Source of the DNA: an uncultured Methanosarcinales archaeon
Lineage (GTDB): Archaea; Halobacteriota; Methanosarcinia; Methanotrichales; Methanotrichaceae
NCBI GenBank assembly: GCA_963843555.1
Contig: CAWJKV010000006.1
Location: 32,001-96,000, forward strand
Direction: 5' to 3'
Length of the DNA stretch: 64,000 bases
The translations under genes and the position numbers were made by a program. Under the pieces are notes generated by a model, which saw only the letters and a program-made list of their open reading frames with translations, was not told the DNA's origin and ran no database searches. This document shows, piece by piece, positions 11,183 through 22,116 of this stretch (position 1 is its first letter; every line of letters begins with the position of its first letter).

Positions 11183-13240
11183 TTGAGATTCCTCATTTTC
11201 ATCATTCTTATTTTTCTGCTCGTTTCTGAGGGAGCGGGGCTTGGAAAGGCAAGAGTTGGTTCGAAGAAGAGCAGTATGAGCAGCACTCTCATTTCCAGGG
11301 ATCTGCTCTTCGGCAATCCGGACCGCATCACGACCCGCATCAGCCCTGACGGCTCGAAGTTGAGCTTTCTGGCCCCGGAGAACGGAGTCCTAAATGTTTT
11401 TGTGGGGCCGGCAAACTCCCCGGAGTTGGCCCGACCAGTCACCAATGACACCTCTCGCGGGATACGCAGCTACACCTGGGGTTACACCAATGAGCATATC
11501 ATCTACCTGCAGGACCGCAATGGAGATGAGAACTGGGGAGTATACAGCGTCAACTTATCCAGCGGAAAGACTCTTGATCTCACACCGTTTGAGGGCGTTC
11601 GGGCTGAAATCCTGGCTCTCAGCCCCAAGCATCCGGAAGTTGCCGTCATAGGCCTGAATAAGCGGGACCCGGAGTATCATGACCTTTTTCGGTTGAATAT
11701 CGAGACAGGCGAACTGACAGAGCTCTTGGAGAATAAGGACTTTTCCAGCTTTGAGGTGGATGATGAGTTCAATGTGAGGCTGGCGAGCAGAATGAACCCG
11801 GAGGGCGGAAGCGACATCTTCAGACTCGCTGGGGACAAGAGCCAGGAAGTCTTCCTGAAGGTCAAGATGGAGGATGCCCTGAGCACTGGCTTCTTTGGAT
11901 TTGACAAGACACGTGATGTCATTTACCTGGTCGATAGCCGCGGACGGAACACCGCAGCTCTATACGCACTCAATCTCTCGACGGGAGAGAGAGATCTCCT
12001 GGCCGAAGACCCCCAATCGGACTTCAGCGGATTGATGACTCATCCGACGGAGAAGAACGTGCAGGCAGTGGCCTTTTACTATGACCGGATTCGCTGGACG
12101 GTACTTGATCCGGCCATTGCCAAAGACTTGGACTATCTGCATAATGTCGAGCACGGGGACATGATGGTCGTGAGCCGGAGCCTGGACGATAAGCACTGGA
12201 TCGTCGCCTTCAATGCTGACAACAGTCCATCGCGCTACTATCGCTATGACCGGGATATTGGCAAAGCCGTCTTCCTATTCACAGACAGGAAAAAGCTGGA
12301 AGGCCATAGTCTGGCCAGAATGGTTCCCGCCATCATAAAATCGCGGGACGGTCTGGATCTTGTCAGCTATTACACTCTCCCTCCGGCCAGCGATAAGGAT
12401 GGTGACGGATATCCCGACCATCCTCTACCACTGGTTCTGTACGTGCACGGCGGGCCCTGGGGTCGGGACTACTGGGGTCTGGATCCAATTCACCAGTGGC
12501 TGGCAAACCGGGGATACGCCGTTTTGAGCGTCAACTTCCGCGGCTCGACCGGTTTTGGCAAGAGCTTCGTCAATGCGGGAAACCTGGAGTGGGGCAAGAA
12601 GATGCATGGCGACCTCATCGATGCCGTAAACTGGTCTATTGAGAAAGGCATCGCAGATCCCGAGAAGATCGCCATCATGGGAGGAAGCTATGGAGGCTAT
12701 GCCGCTCTGGCCGGGCTTACCTTCACACCCAAGACCTTTGCCTGCGGAGTGGATATAGTAGGCCCCTCCAATCTGATCACCCTCCTGGAGACCATACCGC
12801 CCTACTGGAGACCGGTGATTGAGCAGTTCACCAAAAGAGTGGGCGACTTCCGAACGGAGGCTGGCCGCAAGCTGTTGCAGGAACGCTCACCTCTGAACTA
12901 TGTAGAGCAAATTGAGCGACCGCTACTGATTGGCCAGGGAGCCAACGACCCCCGGGTCAAGAAGAATGAGTCAGACCAGATCGTCAAGGCCATGCAGGCC
13001 AAGAATCTGCCTGTGACCTACGTTCTCTATGCCGATGAAGGTCATGGATTCGCCAGGCCTGAGAACAGGCTCTCCTTTTACGCCATCACCGAGGCATTTT
13101 TGGCAGAGCATCTTGGCGGAAGCTACGAGCCTATCGGCCAGGACCTGTCGGGCGCCAATCTCACCGTGCCTGCTGGTATAGATGCGGTTCCGGGACTTGG
13201 CGCCGCCCTGAGAGATAAATCTCATGCTGAAGAGCTTTAA
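11183..13240 (+). CDS. S9 family peptidase (prolyl oligopeptidase/acylaminoacyl peptidase-like)
   Basis: VHGGPW, GGSYGG nucleophile, GANDPRV and DEGHGF catalytic motifs. Confidence 0.93.
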   Translation: MRFLIFIILIFLLVSEGAGLGKARVGSKKSSMSSTLISRDLLFGNPDRITTRISPDGSKLSFLAPENGVLNVFVGPANSPELARPVTNDTSRGIRSYTWGYTNEHIIYLQDRNGDENWGVYSVNLSSGKTLDLTPFEGVRAEILALSPKHPEVAVIGLNKRDPEYHDLFRLNIETGELTELLENKDFSSFEVDDEFNVRLASRMNPEGGSDIFRLAGDKSQEVFLKVKMEDALSTGFFGFDKTRDVIYLVDSRGRNTAALYALNLSTGERDLLAEDPQSDFSGLMTHPTEKNVQAVAFYYDRIRWTVLDPAIAKDLDYLHNVEHGDMMVVSRSLDDKHWIVAFNADNSPSRYYRYDRDIGKAVFLFTDRKKLEGHSLARMVPAIIKSRDGLDLVSYYTLPPASDKDGDGYPDHPLPLVLYVHGGPWGRDYWGLDPIHQWLANRGYAVLSVNFRGSTGFGKSFVNAGNLEWGKKMHGDLIDAVNWSIEKGIADPEKIAIMGGSYGGYAALAGLTFTPKTFACGVDIVGPSNLITLLETIPPYWRPVIEQFTKRVGDFRTEAGRKLLQERSPLNYVEQIERPLLIGQGANDPRVKKNESDQIVKAMQAKNLPVTYVLYADEGHGFARPENRLSFYAITEAFLAEHLGGSYEPIGQDLSGANLTVPAGIDAVPGLGAALRDKSHAEEL

Positions 13241-13245
13241 TGCTG

Positions 13246-14532
13246 TTACAGCGGCGGACCGCCGCTGTGTATGCAGTTGAATCCAGGACAGCCAGCCAGT
13301 CGAAATCGGTGAAGCTTTGAGGAGTTAGCGGGAAGTAGGTCGAGTTCCTTTTACTGCCCGAGCGAGTCGGAAGAGCTGCGATTGCCGGGGCTGGAAGCAC
13401 ACGGCCTTTGTGAGTTGGAATGAACCGCCCCGGCCCCAGCACGGCAGTCAGCCGCGCCTCAAGAGTCCCGGCTTCGGGCTGGCCGATGCCATTGGCATCA
13501 GAGATGCCTAACGCCGTTCCGATGACGGCATAATGCTGGCCGAAGATCTGATCGAGGTGCGATCCCGCAGGCCACCATATCAGCAGGTCGGTTCCCAATT
13601 GCCATTGTGCTTTTCCGCGTTGCAGATGGCTGTTGTGAGCGAAGGCAAGCACTTTCCCCCGACCGCGCTCATGAGAAACCATGTACGCCAGATTATCCGC
13701 CATCATGAGGTCGCGAATGCCGAGACCTTCGACGATCCGTTTGCTCGACGAGCGCGCGAGCGTGGCATGATAGTTCAATAACTGCCGTGCGACTGTTGCA
13801 TACTGCTCGGCTTCCAGATAGCGGCGTTCATTGCTCTTCGCCACCAATTCTGGACGGCGCAGGCGCAGTTCTGAAATAAGATCCTCCGTCTCAATTCGCA
13901 GCGCAGTTGCGGCTGGGGAGCAGCCTATCGATTTCGCCGGATCCATCATTGCAGCAGGATTCTCCCAATCGGCATCCCGGCCAAGAAGCTCTTCGATGCG
14001 CTGGCGGCGCTCCTGGCCGCCGCTATTTTCAATCGAAGCAAGGTAATCGAGAACAAATTGAAGGACCTGTCTTGGACTATCGCTGTCCGTACATTTCAGT
14101 CGGACTATCGAAGCCAAAGAACTGGAGTTTGATGGCGTGCGCGGGATCGGCATTGTACCGCCGCATCCACTCCACGAGTTCTCGATTCGCGTCGAGCCGG
14201 CCGAAGCCGTGGCTAAATCCGGCCTCCTGCACGGCTTCGTACGATGCCGGGCCGCGACCGGCAATGTACTCATTCACCACCCGCGCCCTGGGGAAACTGC
14301 TCTCGATGGCAATGGCGCTGTAGCCATGTCTCTCCACCAGGCGCTGGAAGAGCCGGTTGCGGAGTATAAGAATGTCCTCGCCGCCGTGGAGAGCTTCTCC
14401 AAAGCCGAGCAGCTCCACAGAGCCGCCCAGTGTAGATATGACCCTGTCGATGGAGGCGTTGAGGGCGTGGGACGAATCGATGGAAAACGGAATCGCTTCG
14501 TGTTGAATCCATTCGTCGAGGGTGGCATACAT
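13246..14532 (-). pseudogene. Erythromycin esterase family protein, frameshifted
   Basis: LGFGEALHG...RNRLFQRLVERHGYSAIAIES; RDLMMADNL...VLAFAHNSHL; split over ORFs 14077-14622 and 13161-14273. Confidence 0.8.
13248..13268. terminator. Perfect inverted repeat at the junction of convergent genes
   Basis: ACAGCGGCGG-A-CCGCCGCTGT between the 3' ends of the S9 peptidase and the erythromycin esterase. Confidence 0.35.
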
Positions 14533-14581
14533 GGCACTGGAATTATGTACAGCATCGGAACCTAACATCTTCTCAAGACCT

Positions 14582-14899
14582 CTATTCGCACGCCCTTTTG
14601 CCCCGCATCCGGAAGTATCCAAACATCATGCAGACGTCTTCAGCCTGACCCATCTGCTCGAACTGCTCGCAGGGCGAACCCCGATAACAGGGCAGGTGGT
14701 GGATGGTACAGACCGCCACCCTTCCCTTTCCCTCGACTTCGGCCTCATAGACGAGATGGGGGCACGTCTTTCGGGCAGGCTTGAAGATCATGGCCTCCGT
14801 GTCATCCGGATTGAGCGTCCCTTCGGGAAGTATCGACCTCGGGTTGATGATGAAGATATCCAGATAGAAGCAACATTGGCCGCAGCGCTTGCATATCAT
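14582..14899 (-). CDS. YkgJ-like CxxCxxCC cysteine-cluster protein
   Basis: MICKRCGQCC...CPHL...CTIH...C. Confidence 0.7.
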   Translation of the reverse strand: MICKRCGQCCFYLDIFIINPRSILPEGTLNPDDTEAMIFKPARKTCPHLVYEAEVEGKGRVAVCTIHHLPCYRGSPCEQFEQMGQAEDVCMMFGYFRMRGKRACE

Positions 14900-15057
14900 G
14901 GAAGTTCTTATCGATATATGGCGGTCTATGTTAATTATCATTTGCGATTCCCTGTTTACATCTGATCTAATTCAAAATTCGCCAGAGAGGCCAGACGGGA
15001 ACAGTAATTGACTTAAGGTTTCAAGGCCCAATAATTTGCCCAGGAGATCCTGAGATT

Positions 15058-15615
15058 ATGAGAATTCTGGTACCCCTGGCAGAGGGCTTCGAGGAGATCG
15101 AGGCCATAAATGTTATCGACATTTTGAGGCGCGCTGATGTGGAGGTTGTGACGGCAGGACTGAAGGACGGACTGGTGGAGGGTGCCCACAAAGTTCGGGT
15201 GATGCCCGATACCAGCCTGGATAAGATCGACTTCAAAGATTTCGACGGCCTGGTCCTGCCCGGCGGGGCTCCCGGCTTTATCAATCTGGGAAATGATGAG
15301 CGCATTTTGAATATGGCACGGGAGATGGATCGCGCCGGAAAGGTCGTGGCAGCGATATGCGCTGCACCCTCGGTCCTCATCAAGGCCGGAGTCCTGCAGG
15401 GCCGCAGGGCTACTGTCCACCCTTCGGGAAAGAAAGAGGTGCAAGCCTGCGCAAAGTTTTCTGAAGACAGGGTGGTTGTGGACAAGAACCTGATCACCAG
15501 CCGCACTCCGGGAACGGCCATGGAGTTTGCCTTGAAACTGGTGGAGGTCCTGGCGGGAAAGGAAAAGATGCTGCAGGTCAAGAAGGAGACGATGGCCATC
15601 TGCCAGGGGGATTAG
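15058..15615 (+). CDS. DJ-1/PfpI (ThiJ/YajL-like) family protein
   Basis: GFEEIEA, LPGG and AAICAAP motifs. Confidence 0.92.
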   Translation: MRILVPLAEGFEEIEAINVIDILRRADVEVVTAGLKDGLVEGAHKVRVMPDTSLDKIDFKDFDGLVLPGGAPGFINLGNDERILNMAREMDRAGKVVAAICAAPSVLIKAGVLQGRRATVHPSGKKEVQACAKFSEDRVVVDKNLITSRTPGTAMEFALKLVEVLAGKEKMLQVKKETMAICQGD

Positions 15616-15724
15616 AGGGGAAGCGGTAGGGATATCAAATCATGGGCTCCGGCTGCTTTGTTTCTGGGGCCTGAATTAGGCCAGACAGCTACGCTAGCCT
15701 ATTTTTGCGGGCTGGGCAGATTGA

Positions 15725-15850
15725 GTTGTCACCCATATCGATGATCCAAAGGCCAAGCTCGACGCCCTTAGACGCCACCAGGCGGAGACCGCCGCCTGGC
15801 CGGGGGTTGCCGCCGGCTGTGCTGAGCGGGCCTTTCGGGGAGAGCTTTGA
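15725..15850 (+). repeat. Degenerate 3' end of type I R-M specificity subunit gene (hsdS tail), copy 1
   Basis: Translates, with small indels, to VVTHIDDPKAKLDALRRHQAETAA..LPPAVLERAFRGEL*, the HsdS C-terminal helix ending AFRGEL. Direct repeat of 17756-17848. Confidence 0.7.
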
Positions 15851-15900
15851 TGAGGAAAAGGCTTACATCTTGCATTTGCTAATACTATCAAGAGGATCAT

Positions 15901-17232
15901 ATGGCAGAAGGAATAACACGCATCTCTGTAAAGGGCTTCAAATCCCTGGCGGAAGAGTGCTCCATAGAAGTTCGTCCCTTGACAATACTGGCTGGAGCCA
16001 ATAGTTCGGGCAAGTCGAGCATAATGCAGCCATTGTTGATGATGAAGCAGACCCTTGAGGCCACATATGATCCGGGAGCCCTCTTGATCGCCGGTCCGAA
16101 TGTCCTTTTCACCTCGACGGAACAATTTCTCACTAAATCAAATGGCAAAGCCGGCGATAGTTTCAAAATTGAGTTTGATCTAAATAGCTCGTTCTCACTC
16201 AGGGAAACATTCAAAAAAGAGCCAAAAAAAAGCCTTGAGATCGCTGAAATGACTTACATTGAAGGAGAAAAGGCTGTAACAACTTTGCGCCCTGGACTGG
16301 GACATAAAGCCCTTCTCTCAACAGTTCCCTGGCTCGTGGATGTATGGAATAACTTCATAAAAACACAAGGCAAGAAAATTGAAGATGAGCTTGAATTAAG
16401 GACATATCGCATTCGTTGTTTTTTGGATATAGGATATTTTCCAATTATGAAAGCAGATGATGCAACATATGTATCACCCATTCTCATCCAATACATGTCC
16501 GACACCTTCGGGACGCCTCTGCGTGGAATACTCCACATATCAGCTCTGCGGGGAAATCCTCAACGCACTTACAAAATCACAGCCATAACATCACAATTTC
16601 CAGGCAAATTTGAGGATTATGTAGCCAGTATCGTATATCATTGGCAGGTTTCAAAAGACGTAAGTCTTAAGGAGCTTGGAAAAAGCCTTGAACTTCTGGG
16701 ACTGACTCGCAAGATAGGAGCCAAAGCTGTTGATGATACTCAGGTTCAGCTTCTTGTCGGGCGTCTCCCTGCGAGTTCAATCAATACCGCAAAAGATATG
16801 GTGAGCATCGCAGATGTTGGATTTGGCGTATCCCAAACCTTGCCGATTCTTGTTGCACTTCTCACGGCAGAGCCAGGCCAGCTGGTCTACATAGAGCAGC
16901 CCGAGATCCATCTGCACCCGAAGGCTCAAATGGCGATGGCACAAATTCTGGCGGACGCTGCCAACCGCGGCGTCCGAGTGGTGGCAGAGACCCACAGCTC
17001 CCTATTGCTCTTGGGCATCCAGTCTCTTGTCGCTGAAGGCAAGCTTCTGCCTGACAACGTTAAGCTCCATTGGTTCAAAAGGAGGCCAACTGACGGTGTT
17101 ACTGAAGTCACCAGCGCTGATTTGGATAAAGCCGGTGCTTTCGGCGATTGGCCAGAGGATTTCTCTTCCACTGAAATGGATGCCGATACTCGTTACATAC
17201 ATGCAGCCGAGGCCCGCCTGGAGCCGAGTTAA
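15901..17232 (+). CDS. ABC-type/AAA_21 ATPase with DUF3696-like C-terminus
   Basis: Walker A GANSSGKS, signature-like VGFGVSQ, Walker B YIEQPEIHLHP, H-loop ETHS, C-terminal WPEDF. Confidence 0.88.
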   Translation: MAEGITRISVKGFKSLAEECSIEVRPLTILAGANSSGKSSIMQPLLMMKQTLEATYDPGALLIAGPNVLFTSTEQFLTKSNGKAGDSFKIEFDLNSSFSLRETFKKEPKKSLEIAEMTYIEGEKAVTTLRPGLGHKALLSTVPWLVDVWNNFIKTQGKKIEDELELRTYRIRCFLDIGYFPIMKADDATYVSPILIQYMSDTFGTPLRGILHISALRGNPQRTYKITAITSQFPGKFEDYVASIVYHWQVSKDVSLKELGKSLELLGLTRKIGAKAVDDTQVQLLVGRLPASSINTAKDMVSIADVGFGVSQTLPILVALLTAEPGQLVYIEQPEIHLHPKAQMAMAQILADAANRGVRVVAETHSSLLLLGIQSLVAEGKLLPDNVKLHWFKRRPTDGVTEVTSADLDKAGAFGDWPEDFSSTEMDADTRYIHAAEARLEPS

Positions 17233-17756
17233 TGTCATCTGCGGATTCTAAGCGCCTGGTCATCGACGCATCCGTAGCCACATCAACGGGTGAGCGAGGC
17301 CAAAGAGGTGAACTATGCCAGGCCTTTTTGAGAATCATGATAGATAGGACACTTCATCGCCTGGTCATGACGAAAGAGATAGGAACTGAATGGGATATAC
17401 ACTCACACCCTTTCGCTCGTCGCTGGAGAAGAAGCATGAATGCTAAACGAAGAGTAGATCGGCCAACAGTAGATCGTGATCCCATATTAACGCAAAAGAT
17501 CGTTCGGGCAAATCCACCGGAGAAGGCTCTTTCTGCTATGGAAAAAGATATGCGTCTCATAGAAGCGGCAAGAGCAACGGATAACTGTGTTGTCTCTCTC
17601 GATGACACGGCCAGGAGATTTTTTTGCGCGGCTTCAAGCGGCGTTGGCGAGCTCAGGCAGATTTTGTGGGTAAATCCAGTTAATGAAGACGAGACACCAA
17701 CCAAATGGTTGATGGATGGGGCTCCGAATGAGGAGCGGCGGCAAATACGCCCATGA
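17232..17756 (+). CDS. PIN-like domain protein coupled to the ATPase
   Basis: LVIDASV...KDMRLIEAA...VVSLD acidic pattern; start overlaps the ATPase stop (TAATG). Confidence 0.7.
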   Translation: MSSADSKRLVIDASVATSTGERGQRGELCQAFLRIMIDRTLHRLVMTKEIGTEWDIHSHPFARRWRRSMNAKRRVDRPTVDRDPILTQKIVRANPPEKALSAMEKDMRLIEAARATDNCVVSLDDTARRFFCAASSGVGELRQILWVNPVNEDETPTKWLMDGAPNEERRQIRP

Positions 17757-17848
17757 TCGACGCCCTCAAGCGCCACCAGGCGGAGACCGCCGCCTAGCCG
17801 GGGCTGCCGCCGGCTGTGCTGGAGCGGGCCTTTCGGGGCGAGCTTTGA
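17756..17848 (+). repeat. Degenerate hsdS 3' end, copy 2
   Basis: In-frame IDALKRHQAETAA*PGLPPAVLERAFRGEL*; near-identical to 15761-15850. Confidence 0.72.
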
Positions 17849-17910
17849 ATCGAACAAATCGATCTTTATCTCTCGAAAGCTTTTTTAGCTCCAGGCAGCA
17901 ATCTACTATC

Positions 17911-18120
17911 ATGAATTTCAAGGTTGTTCTTCAGGAGGCCGAAGAGGGTGGCTACATAGTGAGCTGTCCAGCACTTCCTGGATGTCACTCCCAGGGCGAT
18001 AATGTGGAAGAGGCTCTGAAGAACATCAAAGAAGCAATAGTGGGCTGCCTGGAATCACTGGCAGAAGAGCGAACAAGGTTGATGGGCTCTTCTGGAAGGA
18101 TCGTAGAAGTAACGGTCTGA
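17911..18120 (+). CDS. HicB-family antitoxin
   Basis: EEGGYIVSCPALPGCHSQGDNVEEALKNIKEAI. Confidence 0.9.
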   Translation: MNFKVVLQEAEEGGYIVSCPALPGCHSQGDNVEEALKNIKEAIVGCLESLAEERTRLMGSSGRIVEVTV

Positions 18121-18126
18121 CTTTCG

Positions 18127-18171
18127 ATGTCCCAAAAGCTGCCCGTGATTTCCGGCAAAGAGGAAGGCTAA
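18127..18171 (+). pseudogene. Truncated HicA toxin N-terminal stub
   Basis: MSQKLPVISGKEEG* immediately after hicB matches the KLPxxSGKE start of HicA proteins; it ends where the opposite-strand PIN gene ends. Confidence 0.6.
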
Positions 18172-18626
18172 CGCCAAGATCCTTTGCCTTTGGGCAACTC
18201 CACAAAGGCTTCTGTGGAATAAACAAGCACTCCCTCCAGGCCATGAAAATGCTTATCGTTGGACCACAGCGGGCAGCCCAATTGTAGTGCAAGGGCCAAA
18301 AACGGTGTGTCTTTCACATCCCTTTCCTTCATGAGATCAAAGGCCAAGCCGATCTTTGAGGAATACATCTCAGAGGGCACGACATTCACGGATTCAAGAA
18401 CGAACTCCAAGGCGAAATCGAAGCTATTGGTTTGCACATGTCTGGCCCGCTTGGAGATTATGTACTCGCGATAGCAATCGATCTCGCTCAAACCATCCTC
18501 TGGATAGTAAAAGTTGCAGGCATTGGATCTAAGAATCTTACCTGTCAAGGAGCTGTCTTTTAAAAGAGCCGAGATGAGGATGTTGGTATCGACTACAATC
18601 CGTACTTTTTTCTTGTTTCGCTCCAT
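18168..18626 (-). CDS. PIN-domain toxin (VapC-like)
   Basis: IVVDTNILISALL...DVKDTPFLALALQLGCPLWSNDKHF. Confidence 0.88.
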   Translation of the reverse strand: MERNKKKVRIVVDTNILISALLKDSSLTGKILRSNACNFYYPEDGLSEIDCYREYIISKRARHVQTNSFDFALEFVLESVNVVPSEMYSSKIGLAFDLMKERDVKDTPFLALALQLGCPLWSNDKHFHGLEGVLVYSTEAFVELPKGKGSWR

Positions 18627-18802
18627 GCCCGCGCTCTTGCTTCTTCAAGTGCTTCCAGATCTTCCTCACCCAGGGACAGCTCCTCTTTGCATCTCTCAAA
18701 GAGCGCCCACTTCAGCTCTTCTTCCTTCACAAGGTTCTCGATCCTCTTCTTTAAGTATGGCGCAGGGAGACCTTCGGGAACCTTGACGATAATTTCATCC
18801 AT
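18593..18802 (-). CDS. Putative antitoxin upstream of and overlapping the PIN toxin
   Basis: 69-aa charged protein overlapping the toxin start; typical TA layout. Confidence 0.7.
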   Translation of the reverse strand: MDEIIVKVPEGLPAPYLKKRIENLVKEEELKWALFERCKEELSLGEEDLEALEEARARAWSETRKKYGL

Positions 18803-19064
18803 TCCAATTACTGGGCTATGCCTCTAAGACTATTATAGCTTTCCCAGCCTTTGCCCAAACCTATCCTCTGCTTCCAGAAATCGTCGACTGCCGCATTGCC
18901 CCAAGAGGCGGCGTTGGTGCAGCCCGGCAAGGCTTCAGGCAATTTGAATGGTTTTTTAAGAAAAGATATCATCCGCGGTCGAGACCGAGGGGCCGTGCGT
19001 CCGCGTAGAAGGAAGCGGACCTGCCACGGGCGAGCGCGGGCGGATGCATTCGGAGGACATGTAT

Positions 19065-21700
19065 TTACGAGCCCGGGTTAAGTTGCTCCAGCTCCTTGGC
19101 CCTGGCGAAGGCAGCATCGGCTTCGGTGGTCCTTCCAAGGGCTTCAAGAGCGAGGCCTTTGCTATACCAGACCAGAGAAAGGTTAGGATCTATTCCGATG
19201 ACCTCGTCGTAAGCCTCGATCGATTCATTGTATTTGCCCAGACTATAGAGGGCGAATCCTTTGGCACCCCAGGCTACGGAAAGATTGGGATCCAGAAGAA
19301 TGGCCTCATCGAAAGCCTCGATGGATTCATTGTATTTGCCTTGTTTACCGAGAGCAATGCCTTTGACAATCCAGGCTGAGGAAAGATTGGGATCGAGCCT
19401 GAGGGCCTCGTCGGAAGCCTCGATGGATTCATTGTATTTGCCTGTTTACCGAGAGCAGTGCCTTTGTTATTCCAGCCATTGCATAGTTGGGATCGAGCCG
19501 GATAGCTTCATCGTTGGCTTCGATAGATTGATTGAATTTGCCCAGGTCATAGAGCGCAAGGCCTTTGTTGTACCAGGCATTGGCATATTGGGGATTGATT
19601 CTGATGGCTTCATCGTAAGCCTTGATAGCCTCATCGTATTTGCCTAGAACAGTGAAAGCATTGCCTTTGTTGTTCCAGGACTCGGAATTATTGGGATCAA
19701 GCCGTGTGGCTTCATCATAAGCCCTGATAGCCTCATCGTACTTGCCAAGGCCATAAAGATCAATGCCTTTGCCGTTCCAGGCATAGACATAGTTGGGATC
19801 AAGTCGAATGGCCTCCTCAATCGCTTTGATCGACTTATCATAATTGCCCTGGATGCCGAGTGCATTTCCCTTAATATACCAGGTTGTTGCATCGTTCGGA
19901 TCCAGCCGGAGGGCCTCGTCACTCGCCTCGATCGACTCATTGTACTTTCTCTGGTAATAGAGAGCAACGCCTTTGCTATTCCAGGCTGCCGCAAGGTCTG
20001 GATCTAGTCGGATGGCCTCATCATACGCCTTGATAGCCTCATCATACTTGCCTTGGGTACCAAGCACATTGCCCTTATTGCACCAGGCGGCGGCGAGGTT
20101 GGGGTCGAGACGGATGGTCTCGTCATATGCCTTGATAGCTTCATCATACTTCCTCTGGTGATAGAGAGAAGTGCCTTTGTTGCTCCAAGCGGCCGAAATT
20201 TTGGGATCTAGCCGGATGGCCTCGTTACTCGCCTCGATTGACTCATTGTACTTGCCCTGCTTATCAAGAGCGATGCCTTTGTTAAGCCAGGATGCAGCAA
20301 AGTTGGGATCTAACCGGATAGCCTCATCACATGCCTTGATAGCCTCGTCGTACTTACCCTGGTTATAAAGGGCAAAGCCCTTATTGGACAATGATGCCGC
20401 GAAGTTGGGATTCAGCCTGGTAGCCTCATCGAAAGCCTCGATAGATTGGTTGAATTTGGCCTGGCTAAATAGAGCAAGACCTTTGTTGTTCCAGGCCATT
20501 GCGAGGTTGGGATCGAGTCGGATGGCTTCATCATAGGCCTCGATAGATTGCTTGAATTTGCTCAGGTTATAGAGAGCATTGCCTTTATTGTTCCAGGCCA
20601 TTGCGAGGTTGGGATCCAGTCGGATGGCTTCATCATAGGCCTCGATAGATTGGTTGAATTTGCTCAGGTTATAGAGAGCATTGCCTTTATTGTTCCAGGC
20701 CATTGCGAGGTTGGGATCCAGTCGGATGGCTTCATCATAGGCCTCGATAGATTGGTTGAATTTGCTCAGGTTATAGAGAGCATTGCCTTTATTGTTCCAG
20801 GCCATTGCGAGGTTGGGATCCAGTCGAATGGCTTCATCGTAAGCCTCGATGGATTCGTTGATATTTGCTCAGGTTATGGAGAGCATTGCCTTTATTATTC
20901 CAGGCACCTGCATAATTTGGGTCTAGTCAGGATGGCCTCATCGTAAGCCTCGATGGATTCGTTGATTCTGCCCAGGTTATCGAGAGCATTGCCTTTATTG
21001 TTCCAGGCCATTGCGAGGTTGGGATCCAGCCGGATAGCTTCATCATAGGCCTCGATGGATTCGTTGAATTTGCTCAGGTTATGGAGAGCATTGCCCTTAT
21101 TATTCCAGGCACCTGCATAATTTGGGTCTATCAGGATGGCCTCATCGTAAGCCTCGATGGATTCGTTGATTCTGCCCAGGTTATCGAGAGCATTGCCTTT
21201 ATTATTCCAGGCCATTGCGAGTTTGGGATCCAGCCGGATAGCTTCATCATAGGCCTCGATAGTTTCGTTGTATTTTGCCCAGATCATAGAGCACAAGGCC
21301 TTTGTTGTACCAAGCCATTAGAATAATTTGGGTCTATTCGGATGGCCTCATCGTAGGCCTCGATGGATTCGTTGAATTTGCTCAAGTTATGGAGAGCATT
21401 GCCTTTATTATTCCAGTGTAGCATGCACCGTTAGGATCGAGATTTATGGCTTCATTAAATGCCTCGATGGATTCATTGAATTTGCCCAGGGCATAGAGTG
21501 CAACGCCTTTGTCGTTCCAGACTGCTACAAGATTTGGATTCAGCCTGAGGGACTCGTCATATGCCTTGACGGCTTCGTCATACTTGCTCTGGCATATAAA
21601 GTGAAATGCCTTTGTTGAACCAGTCTTCTGATGTCTGCTGACATTGTGCTGACGTCATAAATATCAGCAGAAGGATGAAAACAGCATAGACCAATCTCAT
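19065..21700 (-). CDS. Large secreted TPR-repeat protein, split by several frameshifts
   Basis: Starts MRLVYAVFILLLIFMTSAQCQQTSEDWFNKG; many 34-aa repeats (AWNNKGNAL...YDEAIRLDP); ends ALGRTTEADAAFARAKELEQLNPGS*. Confidence 0.85.
20479..20830. repeat. Near-identical 102-bp tandem repeats (TPR units)
   Basis: The unit gcctttattgttccaggccattgcgagg... recurs at 20581, 20683 and 20785, with a related unit at 20479. Confidence 0.9.
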
Positions 21701-22116
21701 AAATCCATAGGAAGTATGTACAGAATATATGCCTGTCGGATTTCAAAAAGGAGAGGAGCTGGATTGTGCCTCCTCGACCCAAGCTTGCAGACAATCGTTA
21801 AGGCCCATATTTCGGGGAGCCATCACCTGGGGGGCTGAAAGTTGGCTAGACTGCAAATGTAGAGGTTGAGACGGTTCCACAAAGATTACGGCCGCGGACG
21901 GCGGGTCCCGCATGCGTGCACGTGGGCTCGGGCGAGCGTGGCAAATGCCGTCAAATCCCAGAGTCCATACTCTCAGAATCGGACCTGTAATTGCCAGGTT
22001 GCCAGTGACACTCTTGCTCCCGCAGCCTCAAAGCATTGGGCCTGAGAAACTATTTATGCATAGAAGACATACAAATACAGTAAAATAGAGAGCTTTAGAT
22101 GCTATGAGGTGGAAAA

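Noticed and set aside
17795..17797. In-frame TAG in hsdS tail copy 2 as a pyrrolysine codon
   Set aside because: Copy 1 has TGG at this position and both copies are degenerate; no pyl genes in the window.
15761..17848. Direct repeats as integron attC sites or IS ends
   Set aside because: No RYYYAAC/GTTRRRY boxes, terminal inverted repeats, integrase or transposase; better explained as hsdS tails.
20479..21300. Regular repeats as a possible CRISPR array
   Set aside because: Contiguous 102-bp in-frame TPR units with no unique spacers; no cas genes in the window.
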